Shown here: positions 26,030-37,165 of the stretch, piece after piece
How positions within the stretch are numbered: the first letter of the stretch is position 1
Layout of the letters: each line of letters begins with the position of its first letter
Assembly (NCBI GenBank): GCA_021373255.1
Contig: JAJFTD010000123.1
Location: 2,351-66,350, forward strand
Direction: 5' to 3'
Source of the DNA: a bacterium
Lineage (GTDB): Bacteria; Armatimonadota; UBA5829
DNA: 64,000 bases
Position numbers and translations under genes: made by a program
The notes under the pieces: generated by a model
Databases searched by the model: none
Told to the model about the DNA's origin: nothing
What the model saw: the letters and a program-made list of their open reading frames with translations, nothing else

Positions 26030-26977
26030 TTACATATAGTCAACTCGTACGCGTTCACGGCCGCTGATGTACTTGTCTATGGCAAGTGCGGCTATGACAC
26101 CCTCGGCAGTAGCTATAATGGCTTGTTTTGGATGAATGCATGTAACATCACCCACAGCGTACACGCCTGGGACATCTGTGGCGTAGTTGCGGTCGATCGC
26201 CACACAACCTTCTGGGGTTAGGTGAAGCGTGCCTCCGAGGAAATTGGTGATTGGCGCGGTACCGGTCAGCAGCATGAAAACACCGTCCAGAGGTAATACG
26301 GATTCAGCCCCGTTGGCATCTGTCACAGCCACTCCCGCGACAGCCTGTTCACCTACAATCTCTCGGACTTTAACACCGAGGTGAGTCACTATGTTAGGTG
26401 CTGATGTTACCTCATCCAACAGTTCTGCGGGAGCGGATAAATGGCTCTTAGGACAGATCAGGTGGACATTGCTGGCGAAGCGCGCGAGGAACAGCGCCTC
26501 TTCAGCAGCGATCTCGTTATGACCGACAACCCCAGCCGTGCGGCCGGAATAGAATGCGGCGTCGCAGGTAACGCAATAGCTGACGCCCCGGCCCAGAAAC
26601 TCTTCTTCACCATCAACTCGCTGTGCCCTGCCGAGTGAGCCGGTAGCAACAACTAAAGTGCGGCCGTAGTAAGCTCCGTCAGATGTATAGGCAACTTTGG
26701 GGTCCGAAGTAACATCCACGGCCATAACAGAAGCTTTGCAGTAGTGTGCGCCGAAGTCGATGGCCTGCATACGAATTGTTTCCAGCAGGTCAGCGCCCGA
26801 CACCGAGCCACGAACGCCGGGGTAGTTCTCTATCTTACCAGTGGAAGCGAGGGCACCCGCACCAGGAGCACGGTCGAGAATAATCGCACTCAACTTGGCA
26901 CGTGCCGCATATAACGCACACGCAAGGCCCGCTGGCCCTCCACCGATTATCACTACATCATAAGCATCGTTTGCCAT
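26030..26977 (-). CDS. Thioredoxin-reductase-like flavoprotein (CxxC present, NADPH-site motifs divergent)
   Basis: FAD site 'VIIGGGPAG' and redox 'CVTCD'. Where E. coli TrxB has 'GGGNTA' and 'HRRD', this protein has 'GHNEIA' and 'CPKS'. Confidence 0.8.
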   Translation of the reverse strand: MANDAYDVVIIGGGPAGLACALYAARAKLSAIILDRAPGAGALASTGKIENYPGVRGSVSGADLLETIRMQAIDFGAHYCKASVMAVDVTSDPKVAYTSDGAYYGRTLVVATGSLGRAQRVDGEEEFLGRGVSYCVTCDAAFYSGRTAGVVGHNEIAAEEALFLARFASNVHLICPKSHLSAPAELLDEVTSAPNIVTHLGVKVREIVGEQAVAGVAVTDANGAESVLPLDGVFMLLTGTAPITNFLGGTLHLTPEGCVAIDRNYATDVPGVYAVGDVTCIHPKQAIIATAEGVIAALAIDKYISGRERVRVDYM

Positions 26978-26984
26978 TGTATCC

Positions 26985-28052
26985 CTACATGTGGATCATT
27001 GCCCGCACGACACCGTCTCTCTTCTCCATCGCCAGCTTGAAAGCATCTTCAGTTTCATCAAACGAGAAAACATGAGTAGCCATGGAAGCCGCATCTATCT
27101 TGCCCTCGCTGATAAGTTCAATGCACTTTTCGACTAAATTGCGGCTGCGGCGCACGAATTGGACAGTGAGTTCCCTGCGACGCGAAACCGACGCGTCAAA
27201 ACAATAACTATCTTCATCGGGTATGCCGATGATCATTATCTTACCCTTTGGGCGGAGGACATAAGCCGTCTGCCTAACGGCATCAGGACTACCGGCACAC
27301 TCGAACACCAGGTCCGTACCGCCTGTTTCATCAATAATATGCTGGGTAGAACCAGCAGAGTCTAAAACTATATCAGCTCCGAGCTTTTTTGCAATCGCAC
27401 GCCTCTCGGGAACCGGGTCCACCACAATCAGCTTGCTCGCGCCCTCGAGTTTCGCGGCTTGCAGCACCGACAAACCAATTGCTCCGCTGCCGAGTATAGT
27501 CACGCTCTCGCCGCCCTTCATCTCAGCCAACTGCACTGCATACATACCCACAGCCAGCGGTTCAACTATCGCAGCCTCATCGAGAGTCATGTTGTCCGGT
27601 ATGGGTATACACAGGTCAGCACGCCACGCTATGTACTCACGCAGAGTCCCCTGGAACGGTGGAGTGCCGAAAAACTGGACGTTAGGGCATATATTGATAT
27701 AGCCTTGTTTGCACATCTCGCAGTGCCCGCATGATTTACTGGGCTCAAGAGCGACCCGATCACCGACTTTTAATGTCTTAACATCGGCGCCAACCGCAGC
27801 CACCACTCCCGAAGACTCATGCCCGAGTATGTGAGGCTCTTTCGGAACCTGCTCGCCTATCTTGCCGTGGCGATAGTAATGCACATCCGATGCGCACACG
27901 CCAGTCGAGCCGATCTTCACCAACACTTCGTCAGAACCATATTCAGGCACTGGTTCATCATGGAATCTGAAATCAAGCGGTTTGTGCAGCCTCAGTACTT
28001 TCAATTTATTCCTCCGGGTACTACCAACTTCATACGAGCTTTGATTAGGCAT
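26985..28052 (-). CDS. Zn-dependent alcohol/polyol dehydrogenase (MDR family, sorbitol/threonine dehydrogenase-like)
   Basis: 'GVCASDVHYY', 'GHESSGVV', structural-Zn Cys cluster 'CGHCEMCKQGYINIC', NAD site 'ILGSGAIG'. ATG at 28052 is preferred because the listed start at 28085 abuts the upstream terminator. Confidence 0.85.
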   Translation of the reverse strand: MPNQSSYEVGSTRRNKLKVLRLHKPLDFRFHDEPVPEYGSDEVLVKIGSTGVCASDVHYYRHGKIGEQVPKEPHILGHESSGVVAAVGADVKTLKVGDRVALEPSKSCGHCEMCKQGYINICPNVQFFGTPPFQGTLREYIAWRADLCIPIPDNMTLDEAAIVEPLAVGMYAVQLAEMKGGESVTILGSGAIGLSVLQAAKLEGASKLIVVDPVPERRAIAKKLGADIVLDSAGSTQHIIDETGGTDLVFECAGSPDAVRQTAYVLRPKGKIMIIGIPDEDSYCFDASVSRRRELTVQFVRRSRNLVEKCIELISEGKIDAASMATHVFSFDETEDAFKLAMEKRDGVVRAMIHM

Positions 28053-28083
28053 TGGTAATATGATCTCCTGCCCCATTACTCGC

Positions 28084-28126
28084 ATAAAAAATAAACGGCG
28101 AGCAGAACTTGGCCTGCTCGCCGTTT
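28084..28126 (-). terminator. Rho-independent terminator of the 728-aa gene
   Basis: 13-bp stem aaacggcgagcag/ctgctcgccgttt (28093-28126), followed on the minus strand by attttttat. Confidence 0.8.
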
Positions 28127-28153
28127 AGTATTACTATTAAATGCCGCCCGACC

Positions 28154-30340
28154 TTACCAGCGAAGAGTGATCTTGCGCTCTCCGGGTGGGCACTGCTGCA
28201 GTGTGACATAGTAAATGCCGTCGACAATCTCCTGGGAGATGGTGCTTGGCCTGCCGTCAACCTGGATATCTCTTGGTGAGCTTCTTAACACCAATACGGT
28301 CTTGCGACCGGCAAGAATTTCCATCTCAGCCCGGCCTGCACCGTCGGTGAGTCTGCGCAGGCACAAAGCGCCTATGAGATCCAAGAACTTCGATCTTCTG
28401 CCTACCAGCCTGTATATCTTGAACGAGTGCGGGACAAGTTTGAACTCCGGCTCGCCGTCGGGAAGCAACCGGCGCTCACCGCAGTCCCAGAAGTTCGCTC
28501 TGCCGGGCCTGCCGATTGCGCTGCCTTCCTTATCGGAAAGATTACTCATCACCAGGTAATCATTGATATTCATGCTCCAGACGACACCGTCGCTGCACGA
28601 GTCGACAATCAGCGAAGACGCATCTACCTCTCTTAATGCATAGCGAATAGCCTTTTCCGCCATTTCAGCCGTGTCACTAGAGAGCCCGAAACCGCAGAAC
28701 ACAGCCAACGTCGAGCGGTCACGCCACTCCGCGACCACAGGCACCTTGTTATCTGCAATTTCAGCTTCATACAAAACATTAGCGCGCGAGCCAAACACAC
28801 GTCGTACGTCAGCAATCTTATAGACATTGGGCTGCGCATCTTCAGCAAGAAACGCCGATCGCCGCACACGTGAGACATCGTTGAACGCAATTGGCTCATC
28901 AGATACTACCTGCAGGTCTTCCTCCTGCCTCACACCTATCAGCTCGAATATCCCAGGGAACGACTTCGCGCAAGGCTGCAGACCCGGTGTCTCAGGATCG
29001 GAAGAGAGGCCAAGGCCAGCGCCAAACGCAATCGCCGCGCGCCTCTCCCGGCCTTGCCACCAGTTCCTGATAACAAGCATTTGCTCTATTGTAAGAGGGA
29101 AATGCTCTTCGAATACCAGTAACTGGACTTCCGGGTGCTCCTCCAGATCTCTCTGAAGAGTCTCGGCGTGAAATGTAAGCATCGGAACATGCGCTCGGAA
29201 GGCAAGCTGCTTCGCCAACGCCCAATAATGAGCGAACACTGTCTCATAAGTAAACGGCTCAGCGTGCTGAGTGCCGCTGTATGAAAAGACAAACGCCACA
29301 GGCGATGTCGGGCGGCCCAATCTATTCGCATACTCGGCTGCACCTATCAGGCGTTTGGTGTGATCACGATCTACACCCGCCGGCTCATACCAGTATTTAT
29401 TGAAGCTGCAAGGAGCAGCAGCCAGCGCGGCGAATGTGGAATCGTTGTAAAACTCCAGAGGAACCAGCTTGCCGCCGGCATCAACTCCAGTACTCGTGGC
29501 TACAACTAAATCCTTACCCAGCGCATGAGCCATAACCTCAGTAAAATATAGAGATGGAGACTTACTCAGATCGTCTCCCGTACGCATCGTCCCATTTACC
29601 ACCTGCTCTTGCCGCATCCTTGTGACCAGGAAGTCCAGGCCTGGTATGCGAGCGACAAGCGCTGTGTTACAGGAAGCATTGAGCGTCCCCTCGGGAGTAT
29701 CCTGGGTGGTAGGAATGAAGGTAGACGGCACAATACCGGCTTTCTTCGCGCCGACGGACTTGGCGTGCGATACAAGCTCGGTATAGAAATCAAGAAGTGT
29801 CTGTTCTTTGGCTTGTTGAACTCTCAGGTATTCAGTAGTCTCTTCGCGTGCTTTTGGATATTCGACTTCGGGGAATTTTTTTGTAAAGTCGGCATAGAAA
29901 CGATCTTGCGAGCCTGGGATGTCAACAAGGTAGGTGGGACCATCGAAGACCACATAGTCATAGCCGTATTGCTTCACAAACAGCGTAGTCAGGTCTTTCA
30001 GGTATGCTCGCCAGGCTTCCGAAGCAAATGATGCATAGAAACCAACGTCACCATACTTCATGGCGTTGTTCTCGGCATCGTATTGGGCTTCTTCAATACC
30101 AACCTTGTCACCGGCGGAAATGGTGGATTGGATTTGAATACAGGCAAGATATCCCCGACTGTGAGCATCGGTGGCAAAGCCCATGAAAGCGTCTTTCAGC
30201 CCTCCGACCACTTCATCGTAGGGCAGAGCATTGAAGGCGTTATACGGAACCTCGAATCCCAACTGTTCAAGGGCATCGAAGTACTTCAGCCGCTTATCGG
30301 CATTCGCCACTTCCTGCGGCTTTACGGGTAATGCGTTCAT
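28154..30340 (-). CDS. Hypothetical protein, glycoside-hydrolase-like TIM barrel plus GH42-style middle domain (tentative)
   Basis: 728 aa counted from ATG 30340 (GGGGGAG RBS). No signal peptide. 'YGYDYVVFDGP' and the overall layout are reminiscent of GHL/GH42-type enzymes, but no catalytic motif was verified. Confidence 0.4.
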   Translation of the reverse strand: MNALPVKPQEVANADKRLKYFDALEQLGFEVPYNAFNALPYDEVVGGLKDAFMGFATDAHSRGYLACIQIQSTISAGDKVGIEEAQYDAENNAMKYGDVGFYASFASEAWRAYLKDLTTLFVKQYGYDYVVFDGPTYLVDIPGSQDRFYADFTKKFPEVEYPKAREETTEYLRVQQAKEQTLLDFYTELVSHAKSVGAKKAGIVPSTFIPTTQDTPEGTLNASCNTALVARIPGLDFLVTRMRQEQVVNGTMRTGDDLSKSPSLYFTEVMAHALGKDLVVATSTGVDAGGKLVPLEFYNDSTFAALAAAPCSFNKYWYEPAGVDRDHTKRLIGAAEYANRLGRPTSPVAFVFSYSGTQHAEPFTYETVFAHYWALAKQLAFRAHVPMLTFHAETLQRDLEEHPEVQLLVFEEHFPLTIEQMLVIRNWWQGRERRAAIAFGAGLGLSSDPETPGLQPCAKSFPGIFELIGVRQEEDLQVVSDEPIAFNDVSRVRRSAFLAEDAQPNVYKIADVRRVFGSRANVLYEAEIADNKVPVVAEWRDRSTLAVFCGFGLSSDTAEMAEKAIRYALREVDASSLIVDSCSDGVVWSMNINDYLVMSNLSDKEGSAIGRPGRANFWDCGERRLLPDGEPEFKLVPHSFKIYRLVGRRSKFLDLIGALCLRRLTDGAGRAEMEILAGRKTVLVLRSSPRDIQVDGRPSTISQEIVDGIYYVTLQQCPPGERKITLRW

Positions 30341-30851
30341 ACAGAGCTCCCCCCCGGAGTTAGCTAGCATTGATATCACTGGACGTTTCAAGTCGCCCTA
30401 TACTGCCATAGAAGCATCCACGTGAATAATGCTGGTTAAATACCATCCGCGAAACGAGTGCAAACAGCCAAAAGAAAAAATCTGGCATTACTGACAAAAT
30501 TTGGCGCTGCGTAAGCACATGATATCTAGTGCTTAGTGACAACTAGAGAGATTTTGTCGTCAACCTGCTCCTCACAAGTTGAGCATTGAACTAATTATAC
30601 ACCACTGCAATGGTTAAGTCTATATTTGTCTGCGACATTCGTTTATTACAGAGGCATTTTCTCAGCGCGTTCTCGACTATGTAGGAATACCTTAACCTTG
30701 CAAGATCAACAAAGATTACGAATCAGATATGCAGCGTTCCTCATGCGCGATTCGAACACACCATCTTCTTTGTTTCGTAACATTATCCATGTCGTTAGCA
30801 CTACAATTAACTATTGCATTATAACACAGTTTTCTGCTTTACAAGTAAACA

Positions 30852-32117
30852 CTATACACTACGCACAAGCTCACCTATTCGATTATCCAGGGCAAGCTGA
30901 TCCTTAGCAAATGACTCTAATGCCGAGATAGACATTAAGTCGTCCAGCGGAGCGCCAGGCCACTGAGACAAGTCTGGAATCTTACCCTTTTCACGAATAC
31001 GCTGCCGGTCCTCGGCACTCCAACCATAGAACAGGTTCACATCATGGCTTTGAGCCAGCCGGACAAGGTCAGGCCCATCAGTCAATTGATCAGCCTGACG
31101 AACAGCATCCTCCACAAAACCAATAAACTGAGCATCAACTGTCCAGAGTTGCTCAAAATTTGATACGTCCGAATCAGGCATATAGTTCACATTTACCTCA
31201 AGCTCATCGGAGGTATGCCTACGAATATCAGCCTTGTGGATGCTTAAATCAAGATACTCCTGAGCAACCTTGGGAGGGATGGTGAGAACATCGACACCGG
31301 CCAATGTTACAACCTGGTTGCCTGACCGCATACTCGCGGCTATTTGATATGTGTATATATCGGCATGGCTCTTTCTAAGGTCCCTCACCCACTCATAAGA
31401 CGCAAGAGCCGCTTTTTCACCAACATTAGTTGGGTCACCGAGTTTGTTCTCCTCTACAAGCGAATTCAGCCTGCCCAGAAATACGTTAACAAATCTCGGC
31501 CCCGAGAACCGCGCGGCCAAATAGTTCTGCCTGGCCGAGAAACCGAGAGTGAAGTTGATTGGTATATTATCGCAGGACAGCCGCCGCGCCGAGATGAAAC
31601 CATCAGGAGTGAGTGGTATTTTTACATAAAAATGGCTAGGGTTGATGGCGTAATAACGTCTGGCGAAGACCAGGCTGCTGTGAACATCGAACCCTACATC
31701 GGGGTGCAATTCAACGCTCACATTAGCGCCAAATTTGCTCACGAGGCTCAGTGCGATCTTAGCATTGACCAGAAATGCAAGCTCGATCACCAGGTCGTGG
31801 TGGGTAATACCTGGGCTGGCTTGCCTGATCTTTTCAACCGCACGCACGATCAGATCGTCCATAACTCCGGTCTGGACTACTTGATTCACAAGAGTGTTGT
31901 TGGTGGTAAGCGCCTGCAATTCCACCGACCACACGCGGGCAGCCGCATCAGCATCACCCGTATCCAGCCAGAGCTGGGTTTCCAGGTCCTTTAACCATGC
32001 AAACTTCTCCCGGCTCTCATGAGTAAACTCGCCCGGTCCCTCGTATTCCTCCAAAGCCAGTTGGTGGACCACACCTGCAAGCTGTGGATCCTCATGCACA
32101 CTGATCTGATCAACCAT
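30852..32117 (-). CDS. Transaldolase-family protein
   Basis: 'FYVKIPLTPDG' and 'NFTLGFSARQ' match transaldolase signature regions. ATG at 32117 has GGAGG 5 nt upstream; the listed start at 32243 is less likely. Confidence 0.7.
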   Translation of the reverse strand: MVDQISVHEDPQLAGVVHQLALEEYEGPGEFTHESREKFAWLKDLETQLWLDTGDADAAARVWSVELQALTTNNTLVNQVVQTGVMDDLIVRAVEKIRQASPGITHHDLVIELAFLVNAKIALSLVSKFGANVSVELHPDVGFDVHSSLVFARRYYAINPSHFYVKIPLTPDGFISARRLSCDNIPINFTLGFSARQNYLAARFSGPRFVNVFLGRLNSLVEENKLGDPTNVGEKAALASYEWVRDLRKSHADIYTYQIAASMRSGNQVVTLAGVDVLTIPPKVAQEYLDLSIHKADIRRHTSDELEVNVNYMPDSDVSNFEQLWTVDAQFIGFVEDAVRQADQLTDGPDLVRLAQSHDVNLFYGWSAEDRQRIREKGKIPDLSQWPGAPLDDLMSISALESFAKDQLALDNRIGELVRSV

Positions 32118-32345
32118 TTCATCCTCCTCTACAACGGCGTCAAACGCCGCTTTTCCGTCGTGGTGATGCTGGCAGCCCTCGGGCACCAGCAGTTTCGTAG
32201 GAACTGCGAAAGCCGTCGACGCAGTCGATGCGAGAAGCCCCACTACGGTTGCCTATACGAATATGACGGGTAACATATCGCTAGTGTTGTTAGCCTGCAT
32301 TATGCATAGTTTTTACCCAAAATACCCCAAAAGGATGAGAATAAA

Positions 32346-32804
32346 ATGAGAATAGCTATTGGAGCGGACCACGCGGGATATGAGCTGAAGGAACACATTC
32401 GAGAATTCCTCGAAGAAGAAGGGCACGAAGTCACGGATGTGGGGGCGCTTACCTATGACAGAGGCGATGACTACCCCATCTACGCAGCCGATGTGGCAAG
32501 GCAAGTAAGCAGTGGGCAGGCAGAGCGCGGGATATTGGTTTGTGATTCGGGCATAGGAGTAGATATTGTAGCAAACAAATTCGCGGGAGTGCGGTCGGCT
32601 CTAGTGCACGATGAAGAACTCGCGCGTCTCACCCGGCAGCACAACGATAGCAATATCCTGTCGCTTGGAGCGATGTTCATGGATGAAAACAAAGCCGAGC
32701 GTATAGTGGAGAAATGGCTGGAGACTGAGTTCAGCGGGGTCGAGCGGCACGAGAGACGGGTAAACGAGATTACCCAATTGGAGAGTGAACGATGCTGGAA
32801 GTAA
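32346..32804 (+). CDS. rpiB: Ribose-5-phosphate isomerase B
   Basis: '[18 protein letters not shown]...', '[14 protein letters not shown]', 152 aa. Confidence 0.92.
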   Translation: MRIAIGADHAGYELKEHIREFLEEEGHEVTDVGALTYDRGDDYPIYAADVARQVSSGQAERGILVCDSGIGVDIVANKFAGVRSALVHDEELARLTRQHNDSNILSLGAMFMDENKAERIVEKWLETEFSGVERHERRVNEITQLESERCWK

Positions 32805-34858
32805 AAGTCGAACCCGAGCTTGAACAGCTCGCAGTGAACACGATAAGGTTTTTGGCAGTGGACGCTGTAGAGAAGGCAAAGTCCGGTCACCCAGGTCTGC
32901 CCTCGGGGGCGGCGGACTACGCCTATGTTCTGTGGACGAAGTATCTAAAGTTCAACCCCTCGGTGCCTAGCTGGCAGGACAGGGACCGGTTCGTTCTTTC
33001 AGCGGGGCATGGGTCGATGTTGCTATATGCCCTGCTGCACTTGTCCGGCTACAATTTATCAATGGAGCAGATAAAAAACTTCCGGCAGTGGGGCAGCATC
33101 ACCCCTGGCCACCCCGAGCATGAGCTTGCACCAGGCGTTGAATCGACAACAGGACCTCTGGGACAAGGTTTCGCGAACGGTGTGGGAATGGCTATCGCAG
33201 CGAAAATGATGGCAGCGAGGTTCAACCGGCCGGGTTATCCAATTATTGGCCACCGCGTATACGCAATCGTGAGTGACGGCGACCTGATGGAGGGAATTTC
33301 GCATGAGGCCGCATCACTGGCCGGGCACCTGGGGTTGGACAATATCATCTATATATACGATGACAACCACATCAGCATAGAGGGTGACACTGAGCTGGCG
33401 TATTCCGATGATGTGGAAGACAGATTCGAGGGTTACGGGTGGCATGTGCAGAGGATCAACGGCCACGACCGCAAGGCGGCTGATGAAGCCATCCACGCGG
33501 CTGTAAACGAAGACCGCAGGCCCAGCCTGATTATCGCTCGCACCCACATCGGCTACGGCGCACCGCATAAGCAGGATACTAAGGACGCTCACGGAGAGGC
33601 ACTGGGGCCGGAAGAAGTCGAAGCGATGAAAAAAAACCTGGGCTGGCCGTTGGAGCCGACATTTCTTGTGCCGGAAAGTGTGTATGAACTGTTTTCGGAG
33701 AGGCGAAAGCTGCTGGAAGAGGCGTTTCACGAGTGGTCGGTAATGTTCATGCATTATCGCGAGGAATACCCGCAGGAGGCGAGAGTGTGGGCGGATATGA
33801 TGGGACTCAAGGTGCCTGATAATATAACTGATAGGCTGATCGGCACAGTGGATATGTCCAAGGATGCGGCCACTCGAGAGTCCAGTGGAGTGGTTATGCA
33901 GGAGATTGCGAAGTGCGTGCCGGGATTTTGCGGGGGATCAGCGGATTTGGCTCCATCAACAAGAACGATTCTGGAAGACTATGGACACATCGAAAAAGAC
34001 AGATTCGATGGCCGCAACTTCCACTTCGGGGTGCGCGAGCATGCCATGGGAGGTATCTGCACAGGTCTGGCGCTAAATGGAGGGCTGATACCCTATGCCG
34101 CAACGTTCCTCATATTCTCGGATTACATGCGCCCCACCCTGCGCCTGGCGTCTATGCAGCACGTGCAGGTCGTTTATGTCTACACACACGACAGTGTATT
34201 TCTTGGCGAAGACGGCCCAACACACGAACCCATAGAACATCTAACCTCTATTAGAGCGATACCCGGAATAAATATCATTCGTCCGGCAGATGCGGCGGAG
34301 ACGGCTGTTGCGTGGGCGGTAGCTATGAAAAACCACCACGGCCCCACCGCGCTGGCCTTAACCCGGCAGAAGGTGCCGCAGATTCAGAGGCAGGACTCAC
34401 AAAGCGCCCTTGGCCTTGAAAAGGGAGCGTATGTCATATCAGATCCTGATGGGCAGCTTGACTTGATATTGATAGCGTCGGGCTCTGAGGTGCACGTGGC
34501 GGTTGCAGCGGCAGGGATGCTCGCGGAGAATGGCTTGAAAGCTCGCGTGGTGAGCTTCCCCAGCCACGAACTGTTCGAGCAGCAGTCGAGGGAGTATAAA
34601 GAAACTATCCTGCCGCCGGACATCAATAACAGGGTGGTAATAGAAGCCGCATCACCCATGAGTTGGTATCGTTACGCCGGACCATACGGGCTAATAATCG
34701 GGCTGGACAGGTTCGGAGCATCGGCGCCGTGGAAAGCTATCGCAAAGGAACTGGGATACACACCGGAAGCCGTGACCCAGCGGGTGATGGAGTATATTGA
34801 ACAGCGACGACAAGAACCCAAGAGGCCAACGATTGATGGCGCACCTGCGTGCGAGTGA
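32792..34858 (+). CDS. tkt: Transketolase
   Basis: '[20 protein letters not shown]', ThDP motif '[14 protein letters not shown]', 688 aa. It overlaps rpiB by 13 nt. Confidence 0.96.
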   Translation: MLEVKVEPELEQLAVNTIRFLAVDAVEKAKSGHPGLPSGAADYAYVLWTKYLKFNPSVPSWQDRDRFVLSAGHGSMLLYALLHLSGYNLSMEQIKNFRQWGSITPGHPEHELAPGVESTTGPLGQGFANGVGMAIAAKMMAARFNRPGYPIIGHRVYAIVSDGDLMEGISHEAASLAGHLGLDNIIYIYDDNHISIEGDTELAYSDDVEDRFEGYGWHVQRINGHDRKAADEAIHAAVNEDRRPSLIIARTHIGYGAPHKQDTKDAHGEALGPEEVEAMKKNLGWPLEPTFLVPESVYELFSERRKLLEEAFHEWSVMFMHYREEYPQEARVWADMMGLKVPDNITDRLIGTVDMSKDAATRESSGVVMQEIAKCVPGFCGGSADLAPSTRTILEDYGHIEKDRFDGRNFHFGVREHAMGGICTGLALNGGLIPYAATFLIFSDYMRPTLRLASMQHVQVVYVYTHDSVFLGEDGPTHEPIEHLTSIRAIPGINIIRPADAAETAVAWAVAMKNHHGPTALALTRQKVPQIQRQDSQSALGLEKGAYVISDPDGQLDLILIASGSEVHVAVAAAGMLAENGLKARVVSFPSHELFEQQSREYKETILPPDINNRVVIEAASPMSWYRYAGPYGLIIGLDRFGASAPWKAIAKELGYTPEAVTQRVMEYIEQRRQEPKRPTIDGAPACE

Positions 34859-34887
34859 TTGATGTAAACCAAGCGTACAAGAAGTGA

Positions 34888-34907
34888 TGGCGGGCGAAAA
34901 CCCGCCA
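34888..34907 (+). terminator. Weak hairpin downstream of tkt
   Basis: tggcggg cgaaaa cccgcca, with no clear T-tract following. Confidence 0.3.
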
Positions 34908-35074
34908 CCTCAAATGAATGGGGACGGAACGGTACACTACGCAATAGAGCGCAGCGGACTATATCTAATATGGACTATACCATGCACATTGTGTGATGTC
35001 AACGCATTTAATTACTTGATTTTCTCAACTAATACCAACTTATCCAGACAGCCCTGCCACTCCGGCGGGGCTGT

Positions 35075-37165
35075 CTATTCGGTCTTTTCGGAGTTCTTCT
35101 GCATCTCTTTCTGAAGTTCTGCCGCCCGCTCCGGGGAGTAGACTGGGAACATCAGATAAGGCCCATCTATCTGCAGGTTCACATCGTCACCCTTGATAGA
35201 CATATCATACATGTGCTTCTTGAACCCGTCTGGTCTGCTTTCGTGTCTGATGGTTTCTGAGCGGTCTGTTGACTTGGTAACCGTCGTCACAAAGGGTGTC
35301 TGTTCGTGCTTGTTGATGCGTAGTGTGAGCTTAGCGATGGCGGAAGGGTCTGTCGGTATTTGTGAAGCTCTCTTTAGTTCAGGAAACTGCTCCAGCATGG
35401 CTGCTGCCATCGCATCTCTGTCCACAGGTATTTCGCCGTCAGACCCTCTCATCCCCGGATAATGCTCATCTACCCACTTCTCAAGCCACGGAGTAATACG
35501 GCTGTGGAGTTCTGGATCAGCAGCATGCATAGCTTTCGCTATACTGTCAAACTCATCTCTTGTCTCCTCCTTGGCTGCTCCCTTGGCACCCTTGCGGAAC
35601 ACATCGACAAGATAATTCAAATCGAGCCTGAATAATGCTAGACCAGCTTCAGACTTGGCTAACGCCTTGTCTTCAGCAGAGAGTGCATTGTAAAGTTTCC
35701 AAAACGGCTCGCTCCGCTCATTTACGCTCCACGCCACTGATGAAAGATCTCGAGAATCATAAATCCATTCAGAAGCAGCGCCTTGAGGCAGATCTAGGAT
35801 CATCATTGCATCATCAAGCTCTACACCATCACTATTGAGCTTATCATAAAGGTGATTCAGAATGTTTATGGGGGCAAGTTTCCTGTGCAGATCATACCAT
35901 CTATGTGAAGTTCCAACCAGCAGCTTGCTATCTTGATCAATCCAGAAACTTACCTGTGCCTCATTTTGCATATAGAAAATGCAATTGACTAACGTCTCCC
36001 CGTTGTCAGCAACAAAGCTGTCACCATACGCCTGCTTGTGACTTCTGAAATCTTCGCAGATGATTGAAAACCCGGAAGCTTTCGCAATCGCAACAATGTT
36101 GTCGGCTACGGTAGCATTCTCATCTTTTGGCTTCTCAACCTTGATCTTCTTTCCCCACGGACTGCCCTCTCCGTAATTGATTGCAACTCCTTGCATGCAA
36201 GGCGCACATTGCGCACTGGGCGGCTCTGGATCTTTAGGCTGTTCGGGCAATCGATCCTTAAGCTCATCGCGAAGACCAGGATCGTAGTTGATCGGGCAAA
36301 TACCATTACCATTACGCGATTCCAAGTCTGGATGCAGAGATGGGTATTCGCCATCAGTAATATGAAATGCTAGTGTGGCTGTCTGTAAGTCAGCTTCAGA
36401 GAACTGCGGTTGCTTCATCTCAGGTGCGAACTTGGCCATATCTTGTTGAAGATTCGCTAATACTTCACGATACAACTGATCAATATATACCGACACAGGC
36501 GATGATACATCACTAGCTTTGAACATCACTCGCTCACCAGCAAATACTCGCTCCCTTGTACCTGGTGGAAGCGCAGCCATAACTTTAGCAAGGCTCCTTA
36601 TGATAGGATCACGCGACCTGTCCCGCGAATAGTCCTGACTAAGCTCCTGTTTAGGCTCAGGGAGGTTGTCGGGAAGGCTTGCCAACTTTATCATAGCGTC
36701 CCATTCCCAGTTCGCGTGGGCAAGACCGGCTTCCGGGAGTTTCTTATAATAATCCTCAACCAATTTCTCTTGCACTGGATCACGGATAATGCGGTATTGT
36801 TTTTCGCCTTTAACCGTGGTGGAAGTAAGGGCCAATTGGGTGGCATCAACAAGGCCGCGAAGAAGTTTGCCTAAAGGGAGTTCGTTTGTGCAGACCACCA
36901 AAGGCAGATCACGAACCTGCCAATCTTCTTTGCTCTTTCCACAATAGATCATCACCCCGGTCTGCTTCACGATATCATCGACAATCGAGTGCAGGCGTTT
37001 ATTGGTGGATGTATAAGTGACTTTCTGTGCAAGGCGGGAGTCTAGTTTTACCGGATCGGTTTCCACTGCTGGAGCCTTGATGGTGTTGGGGTCGACAGTA
37101 ACTTTATCAGCGAACGCCGGTAAGGTTAGGATGAGTGTAATTACCACGAAAAGTGTAGTCTTCAA
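35075..37165 (-). CDS. Secreted hypothetical protein (696 aa)
   Basis: Signal peptide 'MKTTLFVVITLILTLPAFA'. TTG start has GAGGG 6 nt upstream. No recognisable catalytic motif. Confidence 0.7.
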   Translation of the reverse strand: MKTTLFVVITLILTLPAFADKVTVDPNTIKAPAVETDPVKLDSRLAQKVTYTSTNKRLHSIVDDIVKQTGVMIYCGKSKEDWQVRDLPLVVCTNELPLGKLLRGLVDATQLALTSTTVKGEKQYRIIRDPVQEKLVEDYYKKLPEAGLAHANWEWDAMIKLASLPDNLPEPKQELSQDYSRDRSRDPIIRSLAKVMAALPPGTRERVFAGERVMFKASDVSSPVSVYIDQLYREVLANLQQDMAKFAPEMKQPQFSEADLQTATLAFHITDGEYPSLHPDLESRNGNGICPINYDPGLRDELKDRLPEQPKDPEPPSAQCAPCMQGVAINYGEGSPWGKKIKVEKPKDENATVADNIVAIAKASGFSIICEDFRSHKQAYGDSFVADNGETLVNCIFYMQNEAQVSFWIDQDSKLLVGTSHRWYDLHRKLAPINILNHLYDKLNSDGVELDDAMMILDLPQGAASEWIYDSRDLSSVAWSVNERSEPFWKLYNALSAEDKALAKSEAGLALFRLDLNYLVDVFRKGAKGAAKEETRDEFDSIAKAMHAADPELHSRITPWLEKWVDEHYPGMRGSDGEIPVDRDAMAAAMLEQFPELKRASQIPTDPSAIAKLTLRINKHEQTPFVTTVTKSTDRSETIRHESRPDGFKKHMYDMSIKGDDVNLQIDGPYLMFPVYSPERAAELQKEMQKNSEKTE

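Noticed and set aside
30735-30765. 'gcgattcgaacac' resembles the reverse complement of a tRNA T-loop.
   Set aside because: The flanking bases do not form a T-stem (gcgcg does not pair with cacac), and no acceptor or anticodon arms can be drawn.
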